DNA of 63,744 nucleotides, filler included, from Octopus bimaculoides (GCF_001194135.2; 6 parts of 6 records of this genome joined end to end with filler, not necessarily neighbours in it), one strand, 5' to 3'; counted from the first letter of the whole stretch, positions 51,320 through 63,624 are shown. Numbers and translations: made by a program. The notes: generated by a model from the letters alone, not told the origin.

Positions 51320-51720
51320 TATATATTAGAGAGTAAAAGTAGGAAAAATTTTATCATAAAAGTCACAGTAGAGATAAGTCCATAATATAAACAATGGTGT
51401 ATTAANNNNNNNNNNNNNNNNNNNNNNNNNNNNNNNNNNNNNNNNNNNNNNNNNNNNNNNNNNNNNNNNNNNNNNNNNNNNNNNNNNNNNNNNNNNNNNN
51501 NNNNNNNNNNNNNNNNNNCCAAAGTTGATAACCATTATTAGGAAGTATGTCCACTCGTCAAGGAAAAGGATGAATTTCAATGTAGTAAATTGAATAATAG
51601 AGATGCTATTTAAAATTGTTTGATGAAGGTGTTGCTTAAATAGTTATTGGTATAGATGTATATTAGTATAAATTTGGACTAAAAATTTTGTAAAAATAAA
51701 ATCCATGATAAAATCCTTTC
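51320..51720 (+). mobile_element. decayed PLE RT-thumb-like fragment at the outer end of the left arm (mirror at about 60820-61180, minus)
   Basis: The mirror copy reads F-Q-N-E-I-Q-(K)-L-R-T-I-I-R-K across a frameshift, similar to the PLE thumb motif FHxEIxKLKxIL. Confidence 0.4.
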
Positions 51721-51749
51721 TAAGAATCCGTAATGGCTGTGTGTAGATA

Positions 51750-53460
51750 GAAATTGCATAATTCTTTTTCTCTTCAGTATGTAATCCATGATTCTTTTAT
51801 TACCCACAAGGAATGAATATAGAGGGACAATACAAAAACAAACAAAGTAGGGATACAAACGGATGAAAATGAATGAATAAATTAATGGTATGATAAAATG
51901 AAATGAAGCAGCTTGTCCCTACATCCGGCCGACTCCATTCATCTTGTTTTACTTATTATGACGTTTAAACATATCTATATTATAATCATTAATAAGATCT
52001 TTACGATTAACCACCATTGGCAGACACCTGGTGCCAATTCTTTGTTGACAGTGCAACACATTGCTTCCAGATTCTTTCAGTCCCATGGTGTATGCTGTGT
52101 CTACTATTACACACTTATAGCCTGCAGTGACTACCTTCATTCGTTTTGTCCAATTGATCACCTTTTTTAACAATTTGCCATTCTGTGCATTGTAAAGCAC
52201 TATGCTCTATTTTCCTTCACAGTTTGGAACTGGGGAATTTGGGGCTCCTGTGTGCTTGTGTTCATTTTGTTAATGTCAGGTAAAGCAGGGCAAGGTTTAG
52301 TGTTTGCAAGGGAAGAGTGAGACGAAGTGGGTTTGGGTATGAGTTGGGTGGATGTGGGATGGGAGTGGGTCCTCATTCACAGTTTGTATCTTTTTCTCCT
52401 CTTTCTGCTCTTCCTTCCAATAATTTCCCATCCGTCCCTGGTTATGTTTCCTCCTCCTTCTTCAATACTTCCATTGACCTTCTCCGTTAGTGGAAGTGTG
52501 GTTTCTTTTCTGGACACTGTCCCATCTTTAGGCTTTACAGGTGAGGGAGGGCATTCTACCATAATGTGGCCTTTTTCACCACATTTGTAACACGGAGGGG
52601 TCCTACCCACCACACTAATCCTGAGCATTATGTTGTCGATTGGTATGGTTTACAGCATCTCTTTGAGGTCCTCCGAGGTTGCTTGAATCACCATATTCAA
52701 GGTCTGGCCCTGTCAGTTCTTGTGTGCAGTGGTAGTAGCTTGGAGGACCACTATCTTATCCTCTATGCTCAGCAATATTGCTGCCACCAGCCACATTTCT
52801 CTCCAGGGGTATATCTACCCTTACCCTGGAAGCACGACTTCCAAGGTATATGGGTGGAAGAATTACCTCATCTGTTTTAATTGGTGTCACCAAGTGTTGT
52901 CTGGTTGTGGCTTCATCCCAGAACTGCACCTCTAACATTCCGAATTTTCTCCCTCTGGCTAGTTGGGAAATTTCCTGCCAGATAGGTTTTAGTGCCTTTT
53001 CAATTTGCCCCATCATTATTAGTTCTATTCTCTGGGCCTCGACAGAATAAGTTCTGTAGGTTATCATTCTACTCTTGTCCTCCTGTAATGTTTCTAGGTG
53101 AAGGGACACATTTACATCATGTCCCTCCCTACGAAGCATATTCTTCTAGTTGTCCAGCTCCTCCATGTTCACTTTCTTGTTGTGGCTTTTGGCCAACACT
53201 GCAAAATTCATTCTTCTTTCCTCCTCCTTGTCCATCTGCACAATTGCTTGGAGTAGTTTGTCCTCAGATGAACTCAACTTTTCATATCCCATTTTTTTAA
53301 AGACACTGTGCTACCCCTTCAACCAAGGGGGAACATGTCAACTAAACTGCCATGGGGCAGCACAAACAAGTGTCAAATGACGCAGCAATTAACAATAACA
53401 CAATTAATTCACTTTACTGACCTTTGTAATAACACACAAAACGTTCACCACTCTCAGTGT
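51750..53460 (-). mobile_element. RT-less gag/ORF1-like unit A (left arm)
   Basis: ORF1-like KALKPIWQEI..RGRKFGMLEVQF..VILPPIYLG..RVRV and CYKCGEKGHIMVEC knuckle, basic RKSRKRRK, small downstream ORF 51949-52200, and a 3' end with AATAAAA. Confidence 0.8.
51949..52200 (-). CDS. small unknown ORF/domain downstream of the gag-like ORF (homologue at 53623-53898)
   Basis: QNGKL.K.V..W.K...CVIVDT...LKE.GSN...P.VV..KDLIND is conserved in frame between paralogous units A and B. Confidence 0.45.
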   Translation of the reverse strand: MLYNAQNGKLLKKVINWTKRMKVVTAGYKCVIVDTAYTMGLKESGSNVLHCQQRIGTRCLPMVVNRKDLINDYNIDMFKRHNK

Positions 53461-55150
53461 GTAATCCATGATATCTTCATTACTCACAGGGGGAAAGCAT
53501 AGAGAAACAATACAAAGTGGGGACACAAACAGATAAAAATAAATGAATTAAATAATGAGATGATAAAATGAAATGAAGTCGCTCATCCCCACATCTGGGC
53601 GACTCCATTTATGTGTTTATTTTTACTTTTTCAAACCTTCAAAAATGTCTATTTTAAAATCATTTATGAGATCTTTGTAACTTACCACCGTTGGCATATC
53701 TTCGGTGTCCATTCCTCTCTACCAGTATATCAAGTTGCTTCCATACTCCTTCAGCTCCACTGTGTGAATAGTGTCCACAATTACACACTCACAGCCTGGG
53801 TGCACCTCCTTACAACCTGTAGTGATCACTAATATATGTTTCTTCCAACTGTACACCCTTTTTCGCAGTTTGCCATTTTGCTGATTGCAGAGTACTATGC
53901 TCTTTTTTACTTTACAAGCTGGAGACTAGGGAAATATGGGGTTCCTGTTTGTTTGTAATTGTTTTTTTTTATGTCAGGTGGGGGAAGGGCGAGGTTTGGT
54001 GTCTGCAAAGGAAGGGTAGGACGAAGTGGATTCAGGTGAGAGTTGGGTGGGTGTGGGATGGGGGTCTTTATTTACAGTTTATACTTTTTCTCTCCTTTTT
54101 CTACTTTCCGTTGTTATCGTTTCCCATTCATCTCTGTTTGTGTTACCTCCTTCTTCTGTGCTTCTATTGGAGGTGCAGTTTCTTTTTCGAACACTTGTGC
54201 TTCTTGGGGCTTTTCGGGTGGCAGAGGGCATTCTACCCTAAGGTGATCTTTTTGGCCACATTTGCAGCAACGAGGGGGTTCTACCCTCTATTCTGACCCT
54301 GAGTGTTATCTCATCTACCATAATTGTTTCCATTATTTCCTTGACGTCCTTTGAGGCTGCCTGAACCACCATATTGAGAGTCTGCCCCTACCAATTTCTG
54401 TGGGCAGTGATAGTGCTTTGTAGGATCACTATTTTATCCTCCATGTCCAGCAGTATCGCTGTCACTAGCCAGGCTACATTCATTTCTGGTAGTATATCTT
54501 CTACCACCTTGGAAGCACGTCTACCAAAGTATATGGGTAGAAGAATTACCTCCTCGGTTTTCAGGTGTGGCTACCGAGTGACATCTGGCTGTGGCTTCAT
54601 CTCAGAACTGCACCTCCAACATTCCAAACTTTTCCCTCTGTCTAGGTGGGTAATTTCCAGCCAGATAGGTTTTAATGCCTTTTCGATTTGCCCATTTGTC
54701 ATAATCTCTATTCTCTCTGTCTTCTCCTAATTCGTTCTGTAGCTGATCACTCTTCTCTTTGACCTTTGCAATATTTCTTGGGGAGGGGACACCTTTATGT
54801 CATTCTCCCCACCACCACCGAGAAGCATATATTTGTAGTTTTCTATCTTGTCAATATTAACATTCTTGTGGCTTTTGGCCACCACCACAAAATTCATTCT
54901 TTCTTCCTGCTTGTCTATCTCAACAAATGCTTGGAGAAATTCATCTTCAGCTGAACTCAACCATTCATATTCCATTTTGTTTTTTAAAAACAACTGTGTT
55001 ACCCCCTTCCACCAAGTGGGAAAACAAAAACAAAACTACTGTAAGGTAGCAAAAACAAGCAACAAATGATGCAACACGTAACAATAACACAATTCACCTT
55101 ACTAACATTTGTAATAACACACAAAAACGTTCACAGTGTAGAATCCATAA
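53461..55150 (-). mobile_element. RT-less gag/ORF1-like unit B (left arm), diverged paralogue of A
   Basis: Same ORF1 motifs (EKALKPIWLEI, EVILLPIYFGRRAS, GRTPRCCKCGQKDH), a small ORF with one internal stop, and the same 3' end. Confidence 0.8.
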
Positions 55151-55239
55151 GTGTAAAAATTAAAGTGATTACTTTTGTAGTTATATAGACAAAACTGGAA
55201 GTTATCATTATTATATTTTATGCAAATGCAAATATGGCT

Positions 55240-56400
55240 GTGCACTGACCTAGTACAGAGTAAGTTAATGTATTATATTTAAAGTATTATATTTAAAATC
55301 AATTAGTGTTATATTAGAAATGTACAGGTTCAAGTTTCAAGAAGAAAAATTCTTATCACTCATCTAATGGATAAGTTATATCATGTAAACATGTGTATAA
55401 TCTAAAATGATTCAATTTTAAGTTTCTATCTTCTTACTTGAAACAATCCTAATATTTTATTATGATAGCACAATATGAAATACAAGACATTAATGTGAAT
55501 CTTATCTTGATGATTTCTTATAGCGTTTAAAAGTTTTATAAAGCATATGTTAACATGTGGATAATGCTTCCAGTTGACAATTAATTGAATTATTTTGTTC
55601 ATATAATCATATTATAGCAATTCTGTTGTACATAGACAACATAGAGAAGATTTATGGGTATATGGCGCAGCTGAGTCAACAATTGACCAGGATAATTTAT
55701 TGTTAACGTTTTTTGTTTGAGGTTATTTACATATACAGCCAATGAAGTAGTTTTATTCATATTTGGTTTAAATGAATGCACATGTTCTAAAAAATCTTTG
55801 TTTAAAGTTAATAGAGCTCCCTATATATACCTTAATATGTGAGTTTTCGTCTATTAGAGCTGGCAATAATTGATCCTATGTTCGGCAATCTAGAAAAAAA
55901 TATCTTAATTGTTGATCTATTAAATATATGGGGATACTTATGAATATTAGGAAAATTATTTTTGATGATGTCTAGAAATTCTTTTGCTAGTCCTGTAACA
56001 TTTATGGAAAATGGAGGTGTGTACCAAATAATTTCCCTATTTCCACTCATACTAGGTAATTTATTATAGTTATAAACTATTTTTGTAATTTGTTTGGTAT
56101 TTTCCGAGTGTTTTGTTATTTCTATATTCGGTTCTATGTCTACTGTCGTATTTTCTAGGTTTTTTTGGCATGTTTACAGAGGTTTGATATTTTTGTATTG
56201 ATTGAATATTATTGTTAGAGGTAAGTTTAGTTGTATTTCTTAATTTAATATTGTGTGTAGTTTGGTTTAGTTCTATTTGTGCTATATAATTCTCAAGTTT
56301 TGTATGTTTTATGTATTTAATATGTTGTTTAAATCCACTTGCAGCTAAAGCTTGATTATATGTTTGCATAATTATTAAATATTTCTTCATTGTAAGAGAG
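55240..56400 (-). mobile_element. central Penelope-like element copy (RT thumb + GIY-YIG; linker deleted)
   Basis: YNQALAASGF, REIIWYTPPFSINV..IFNRSTIKI, KVYIGSSINFKQRF..H..SF and WSIVDSAAPY..LCCLC. Confidence 0.85.
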
Positions 56401-56408
56401 ATCTGAGA

Positions 56409-57770
56409 TTCTAATAGATATACTGTTTATAATATTCTTAAGTAATTAATAAGCAAACCACTAGATATAACAGGAGTTTAGATAATCCAATACCACAATC
56501 TAATAACAATAGTAGCAAACAAACAGTAGATTTATCTAATTCTATTATAAATAATTCCACAACAAATTCAAATATAACACCACACACCATAACAAATAAT
56601 CATAATACTGTTAAATCGGAATAGAAACATACAACTAAATATTGCACATGTAAAAATAAAAGATCATGTCCTTTAGAAGGCAAATGCAGACAGTTCAACT
56701 TTATATGTAAGTGTACTGTTACTCAAACTGCTAACTCACATATTAAGGTACATATAGGGAGCTCTATTAACTTTAAACAAAGATTTTTTAGCACATATGC
56801 ATTCATTTAAACTGAATATTACAAATAAAACTATTTCATTGGCTGCATATGTAAATAACCTCAAACAAAAACGTTAACAATAAATTATCCTGGTTAATTT
56901 TTGACTCAGCTGCACCATATACCCATAAATCTTCTCTATGTTGTCTATGTACAACAGAATTGCTATAATATGATTATATGAACAAAATAATTCAATTAAT
57001 TGTCAACTGGAAGCATTATCCACATGCAAACATATGCTTTATTAAACTTTTAAACGCTATAAGAAATCATCAAGATAAGATTCACATTAATGTCTTGTAT
57101 TTCATATTGTGCTATCATAATAAAATATTAGGATTGTTTTAAGTAAGAAGATAGAAACTTAAAATTGAATCATTTTAGATTATACACATGTTCACATAAT
57201 ATAGCTTATCCATTAGATGAGTGATAAGAATTTTTCTTCTTGAAACTTAAACTAATTGATTGTAAATATATATAACTATCATCATCGTTTAACGTCCGCT
57301 TTCCATGTTAGCATGGGTTGGACGATTTGACTGAGGACTGGTGAAACCGGATGGCTACACCAGGCTCCAATCTAATTTGGCAGAGTTTCTACAGCTGGAT
57401 GCCCTTCCTAACGCCAACCACTCAGAGAGTGTAGTGGGTGCTTTTACGTGTCACCCGCACGAAAACGGCCAAGCTCTAAATGGTGTCTTTTATGTGCCAC
57501 CCGCACAAGAGCCAGTCCAGGGGCACTGGCAACGATCTTACTTGGCTTGCCAGGTCTTCTCAAGCACAGCACATTTCCAAAGGTCTCGGTCAGTAATCAT
57601 CACCTCGGTGAGGCCCAATGTTCGAAGGTCTTGCCTCACCACCTCAGCCCAGGTCTTCCTGGGCCTACCTCTTCCACGGGTTCCCTCAACTGTTAGGGAG
57701 TGGCACTAATTGATTGTAAATATAATACTTTAAATATAATACATTAACTTACTCTGTACTAGGTCAATGC
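56409..57770 (+). mobile_element. inverted 3' copy of the central PLE (linker + GIY-YIG + 3' UTR)
   Basis: CTCKNKRSCPLEGKC..KVHIGSSINFKQRF; highly similar to the reverse complement of 55260-55845. Confidence 0.85.
57271..57704 (-). mobile_element. 5'-truncated RTE LINE with 20 bp target-site duplication
   Basis: CHSLTVEGTRGRGRPRKTWAEVVRQDL..DRDLW, (GAT)n tail, and ACTAATTGATTGTAAATATA at 57251-57270 and 57705-57724. Confidence 0.92.
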
Positions 57771-57899
57771 ACGGCCATATTTGCATTTGCATAAAATATA
57801 ATAATGATAACTTCCAGTTATCTACAATAATGGTAACTTCCAGTTATTTTGTCTATATAACTACAAAAGTAATCACTTTTATTTATTTACACTTATGGA

Positions 57900-59090
57900 T
57901 TCTACACTGTGAACGTTTTTGTGTGTTATTACAAATGTTAGTAAGGTGAATTAATTGTGTTTTTGTTATGTTTGTGTTGTTTGATGCTTGTATTTGCTGC
58001 CTCACAGTAATTTTGTTTCCGTTTTCCCACTTGGTGGAAGGGGGTAACACAGTTGTTTTATAAAAACAACAAGGAATCAGTATTGATGAGATAGAAAACT
58101 ACACGTATATGCTTCACATTGATGGGAATGACATAAAGTTGTCCCTGCTCCAAGAAGTATTACAGGAGGCAGAGAGAAGAACGATCAGCAACAAAACAAA
58201 TTCGGAGAAGACAAAGAGAATAGAGATTATGACAAATGGGGAAATTGAAAAGGCATTAAAACCTATCTGGCCGGAAATTACCCACCTATGCAGAGGGAAA
58301 AGTTTGGAATGTTGGAGGTGCAGTTCTGAGATGAAGCCACAGACAGATGTCACTCGGCAACCTCCCTGAAAACCGAGGAGGTAATTCTTCTACCCATATA
58401 CTTTGGTAGATGTGCTTCCAAGGTAGTAGAAGATATACCACCAGAAATGAATGTAGCCTGGCTGTTGGAAGCAGTACTGCTGGGCTTGGAGGATAAAATA
58501 GTAGTCCTCCAAATCACTATCACTGCCCACTGAAATTGGCAGGGGCAGTCTCTGAATATGGTGGTTCAGGCAGCCCCGGGAGATCTCGAGAAAATAACAG
58601 AAACAATTACTGTAGTTATGATAATGCTCAGGGTCAGAGTGGAGGGCAGAACCCCTTGTTGCTACAAATGTGTTCAACAAGGCCACATTAGTATCGAATG
58701 CCCTTTGATGCCTGAAAAGCCCCAAGAAGCACCAGTGTCTGAAAAAGAAACCACAACTTCTCCAACAGTGAAAAGCAACCAAAGCATTGAAGAAGAGGAA
58801 GGAGGTAACACAAGCAGAGATAAAAGAGAAATAATAACAAGGAAAAAGAGGAAAAGGAGGAAAATAGTACAAACTGTAAATGAAGACCTCCCATCCCACA
58901 CCCACCCAACTCCCACCTGAATCCACTTCATCATAAATGGAGTCGCCCAGATGTGGGGATGAGCGACTTCATTTCATTTTATCATCCCATTATTTAATTA
59001 ATTTATTTTTATCTGTTTGTGTCCCCACTTTGTATTGTTTCTTTATGCTTTTCCCCTGTGGGTAATGAAGATATTATGGATTACATACTG
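57900..59090 (+). mobile_element. gag/ORF1-like unit B' (right arm; small ORF deleted)
   Basis: EGRTPCCYKCVQQGHISIEC knuckle. The sequence jumps from the ORF1 end (58920) straight to the 3' end. Confidence 0.8.
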
Positions 59091-60740
59091 AGAGTGGTGA
59101 ATTAATTATGTCAGTAAGGTGAATTAATTATGTTATTGTTAGTTGTTGCATTGCTTAACACTTGTTTGTGCTGCCCCATGGCAGTTTAGTTGATGTGTTC
59201 CCCCTCGGTTGAAGGGGTAGCACAGTCTCTTTAAAAAAAGATGGCCTATGAAAAGTTGAGTTCATACAGGGACAAATTACTTGAAGAAATTGTTGAGGTG
59301 GACAAGGATGAGGAAAGAAGAAAGAATTTTGCGGTATTGGCCAAAAGCCACAACAAGAAAGTGAACATGAAGGAGCTGGACAACTAGAAGAATATGCTTC
59401 GTAGGGAGGGACATGATGTAAATGTGTCCCTTCACCTAGAAACATTACAGGAGGACAAGAGTAGAATGATAACCTACAGAACTTATTCTGTCGAGGCCCA
59501 GAGAATAGAACTAATAATGATGGGGCAAATTGAAAAGGCACTAAAACCTATCTGGCAGGAAATTTCCCAACTAGCCAGAGGGAGAAAATTCGGAATGTTA
59601 GAGGTGCAGTTCTGGGATGAAGCCACAACCAGACAACACTTGGTGACACCAATTAAAACAGATGAGGTAATTCTTCCACCCATATACCTTGGAAGTCGTG
59701 CTTCCAGTGTGAGGGTAGAAGATATACCACTGGAGATAAATATGGTTTGGCTGGTGGCAGCGATATTGCTGAGCATAGAAGATAAAATGGCAGCCCTCCA
59801 AGACCCTATTACTGCTCACAAGAATTGGCAGGGGCAGACCCTGAATATAGTGATTCAGGCAGTCTCAGAGGACCTCAAAGAGATGATAGAAATCATAAGG
59901 GTTGATGATATAATGCTTAGGGCTAAAGTGGAGTGGAAGACCCCTCGTTGTTACCAATGTGGTGAAAAAGGCTACATTATGGTAGAATGCCTCCACTGTT
60001 TGTAAAGCCTCAAGAAGTGTCAGTGTCCGTAAAAGAAACTGCACCTCCATCAACAGCGAAGGTCAACGGAAGTATAGAGGAAGAAAGTGGAAACATAACC
60101 AAGGACGGATGGGAAATTATTGGAAGGAAGAGCAGAAAGAGGAGGAAAAAGATACAAACTGTGAACGACGCCCCCCCCCCCATCACACACCCAAAAACAT
60201 TTACTTGAACCCACTTTGTCCCACCCTCCCCTTACAGACACTGAATCTCGCCCTGNNNNNNNNNNNNNNNNNNNNNNNNNNNNNNNNNNNNNNNNNNNNN
60301 NNNNNNNNNNNNNNNNNNNNNNNNNNNNNNNNNNNNNNNNNNNNNNNNNNNNNNNNNNNNNNNNNNNNNNNNNNNNNNNNNNNNNNNNNNNNNNNNNNNN
60401 NNNNNNNNNNNNNNNNNNNNNNNNNNNNNNNNNNNNNNNNNNNNNNNNNNNNNNNNNNNNNNNNNNNNNNNNNNNNNNNNNNNNNNNNNNNNNNNNNNNN
60501 NNNNNNNNNNNNNNNNNNNNNNNNNNNNNNNNNNNNNNNNNNNNNNNNNNNNNNNNNNNNNNNNNNNNNNNNNNNNNNNNNNNNNNNNNNNNNNNNNNNN
60601 NNNNNNNNNNNNNNNNNNNNNNNNNNNNNNNNNNNNNNNNNNNNNNNNNNNNNNNNNNNNNTGTGTCCCCACTTTGTGTGTTTTTGTATTGTCCCTCTAT
60701 ATTCATTCCTTGTGGGTAATAAAAAAAATCATGGATTACA
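59091..60740 (+). mobile_element. gag/ORF1-like unit A' (right arm); longest open frame 59394-60005
   Basis: 203 aa ORF ending CYQCGEKGYIMVEC. The small-ORF region falls in the gap 60256-60661. Confidence 0.8.
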
Positions 60741-61176
60741 TACTGAAGAGAAAAAGAATTATGCAATTTCTATCTACACACAGCCATTACGGATTCTTAG
60801 AAAGGATTTTATCATGGATTTTATTTTTACAAAATTTTTAGTCCAAATTTATACTAATATACATCTATACCAATAACCTTTTAAGCAATACCTTCATCAA
60901 ACAATTTTAAATAGCATCTCTATTATTCAATTTACTACATTGAAATTCATCCTTTTCCTTGACGAGTGGACATACTTCCTAATAATGGTTCTCAACTTTG
61001 AATTTCATTTTGAAAGGTAGTATAATTATGAAAAGATTGCAAGATCTCTGTAATCTTTTTAAATAACCATAGTTATACTTTATATATTTATGTATTAATA
61101 TGCCATTGTTTATATGTATTATGGACTTATCTCTACTATGACTTTTATGATATAATTTTTCCTACTTTTACTCTCT

Positions 61177-61267
<91 letters not shown>

Positions 61268-61379
61268 ATGTATGTATGTATGTATGTATGTAAGTATGTG
61301 TATATGCACTCACACACATACATATATTTATATGTGTGTGTGTGTGTGTGTATGTATGTGTGTGTGTGTTTGTATATCT

Positions 61380-61580
61380 GTGTCTCTCCCCTCGCTATTG
61401 CTTGACAACCAATATTGGTGTATTTATGTCCCTGTAACTTAGCGGTTTGGCAAAAGAAATCGATAAAATAAGTATTAGGCTTACAAAGAATAAGTCCTGG
61501 AGTTGAGCTGTTTGACTAAAGGGAGTGCTCCAGCATGTCTGCAGTCAAATGACTGAAATAAATAAAAGAATAAAAGAACA
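61380..61580 (+). mobile_element. SINE family B 3' half
   Basis: CTTGACAACC..TAACTTAGCGGTTTGGCAAAAG..CAGTCAAATGACTGAAA. Confidence 0.8.
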
Positions 61581-61619
61581 TACACATACATATATATGTA
61601 TTTGATTATGCAATAATAA

Positions 61620-62542
61620 TAACAATAGTAATAATAATAATAGGACTAGAAGAGTACTTAGAAACAAGAAGTGGAAGATTTTTACATGAATAAAGTGACA
61701 TGGAAAAACGTTTTTCTCTATACACAAAGAGGTGACAAAATACAAAACAGAATCAAACTACCTCAGATGACAACATAGTAGACAAAAATCATGAAAACAG
61801 AACTACAAAATATACTAAAGAAGAAATGGAGAGAAAAGTCACTCTATGGCCAATACCCTGCAAGTTTTGACAGAGAAGGAGTGAACTTAAGTAAAAGTCA
61901 ACAGTGGCTTAAAAGCTCAGGCCTAAAAGCTGAAATGGAAGGACTGATTCTCACTGCACAAAATCAATATCTGATTACAAACAACTATAAAAGCAATATA
62001 ATGAAAACAGGTTCCAACAACAAGTGCAGAATGTGCAACCAATACAATAAGACAGTTGACCACATCATCTCTGGCTGTTTAGTCTTTGCCAAATCTGAAT
62101 ATATATAGATACAACTGAGTTGATATATCCACTGGACAATATGCCAACACTACAATATAAACACTGACAATGTATGGTATAAACATGTGCCAAACAAGGT
62201 ACAATACAACAACCAGGACACAATTATGTGGGATATGCCTGTTCAAACCAACAAAAAAAATAAAAACTAACCACCCAGACATAATAATCAAGGATTGGGA
62301 AAAAAAAAAAAAAAACGCCTGCTTATTGATAGACATTGCAGTCCTTTCTGACCAAAATATTGTCCAAAAAGAAGTGGAGAAATTGTCAAAGTATAAAAAT
62401 CTCAAAATTTAAGCATTCAGGATGTGGGCCATAAAGGTGAAAACAATTCCAGTAATAATGGCAGCACTGGGAACAATAAAAAAACATATGAACAAAAACG
62501 TAGAAGCTGTACCTGGATCCTCAACACTATACACTATCCATA
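61620..62542 (+). mobile_element. R4/Dong-type LINE 3' part
   Basis: KKWREKSLYGQYP, SQQWLKSSGLKAE, CRMCNQYNKTVDHIISGC, HPDIII..LIDIAV..KLSKYKNL. Follows a degenerate AAT repeat. Confidence 0.9.
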
Positions 62543-62689
62543 NNNNNNNNNNNNNNNNNNNNNNNNNNNNNNNNNNNNNNNNNNNNTTAATTAATTAANN
62601 NNNNNNNNNNNNNNNNNNNNNNNNNNNNNNNNNNNNNNNNNNATATATATACATATATATATACGCACACTCACGTAAATATTCATACA

Positions 62690-62755
<66 letters not shown>

Positions 62756-63049
62756 ACCACGCTTGTACGTGTGTGCATGCACGTATGCAACTATGTATCT
62801 ATACATCATGACATGAACTGCGAATTTCCAATGTAAGTGATATTCTATTTTAGAATAAGTGGGAGGGAAGGGAAAGGTTTGAGAGCAATGCGTAAAGCCT
62901 TTGATTTTCGCCCCCACCAAAAAAAAAAAAAAAAAAGGCAACAAAAAGCAAAAAAACAAATTAAGGACTAAAAAGTGAATCGAATAATATCCTGCTGGTC
63001 GGCACTTTCTCTTCAAGGAAAAGTCATTTCCTTATGACCTTTCTTACGA

Positions 63050-63620
63050 ACCTAGAATGCAAAGTGCACCTATCTCAGAAAAAATTCTGCAAGAAAAATA
63101 CTCTACATGACGCAGTAATATTTTACATGGATGTGTTTCTCGACAAGAAGGAAAAGATGACAATATAAACCTGAAGTGTATCCTGTCCAGGACTTGCGAC
63201 CGCTACATCACATTTTGAAGTTTATGGTTTCGCAATGCAAGTGCAAGGCATAGCTACAAAACATCTCATAACCAAGACAGCGAAGCTGTTAAAACTTTTT
63301 GATGCACTCGCAACTGTCAACTATGGCACTTTTCTATGGAGGATATAACACATGTAATAAGCAGCTACCCGAAGTGCCATCAAAGTACTGCGTCCTAATG
63401 TGACATGATGTTGTTGCTAAAACAACATACTATTTATCTGTGATAAATATGAAAGGTTGCCCTATGATAAATATAAGCAGCATCCCTACTATAGAATGCA
63501 CACATGTATATCAGCACATGGAAAGCTGGCGGAACATTTTCACCAAAACTACCAAGTGCAAGCATAATAGATCTGACATAGTTTTTTGGGACGATAAAGA
63601 AAAGTCATGTACAATCTTCG
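63050..63620 (+). mobile_element. decayed R4/Dong-type CCHC + RLE fragment
   Basis: EDITHVISS.PK, HDVVAK, KCKHNRSDIVFWD; same family as 22866-23215. Confidence 0.7.
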
Positions 63621-63624
63621 TTCT

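Larger units (their letters stand above)
51320..61180. repeat. ~10 kb imperfect palindrome (left arm about 51320-56400, right arm about 56409-61180)
   Basis: Collinear inverted matches: 51320-51404/61095-61180, 51519-51890/60662-61000, 52295-53460/59090-60255, 53460-53610/58920-59090, 53990-55260/57730-58920 and 55260-55845/56733-57270. Confidence 0.92.
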
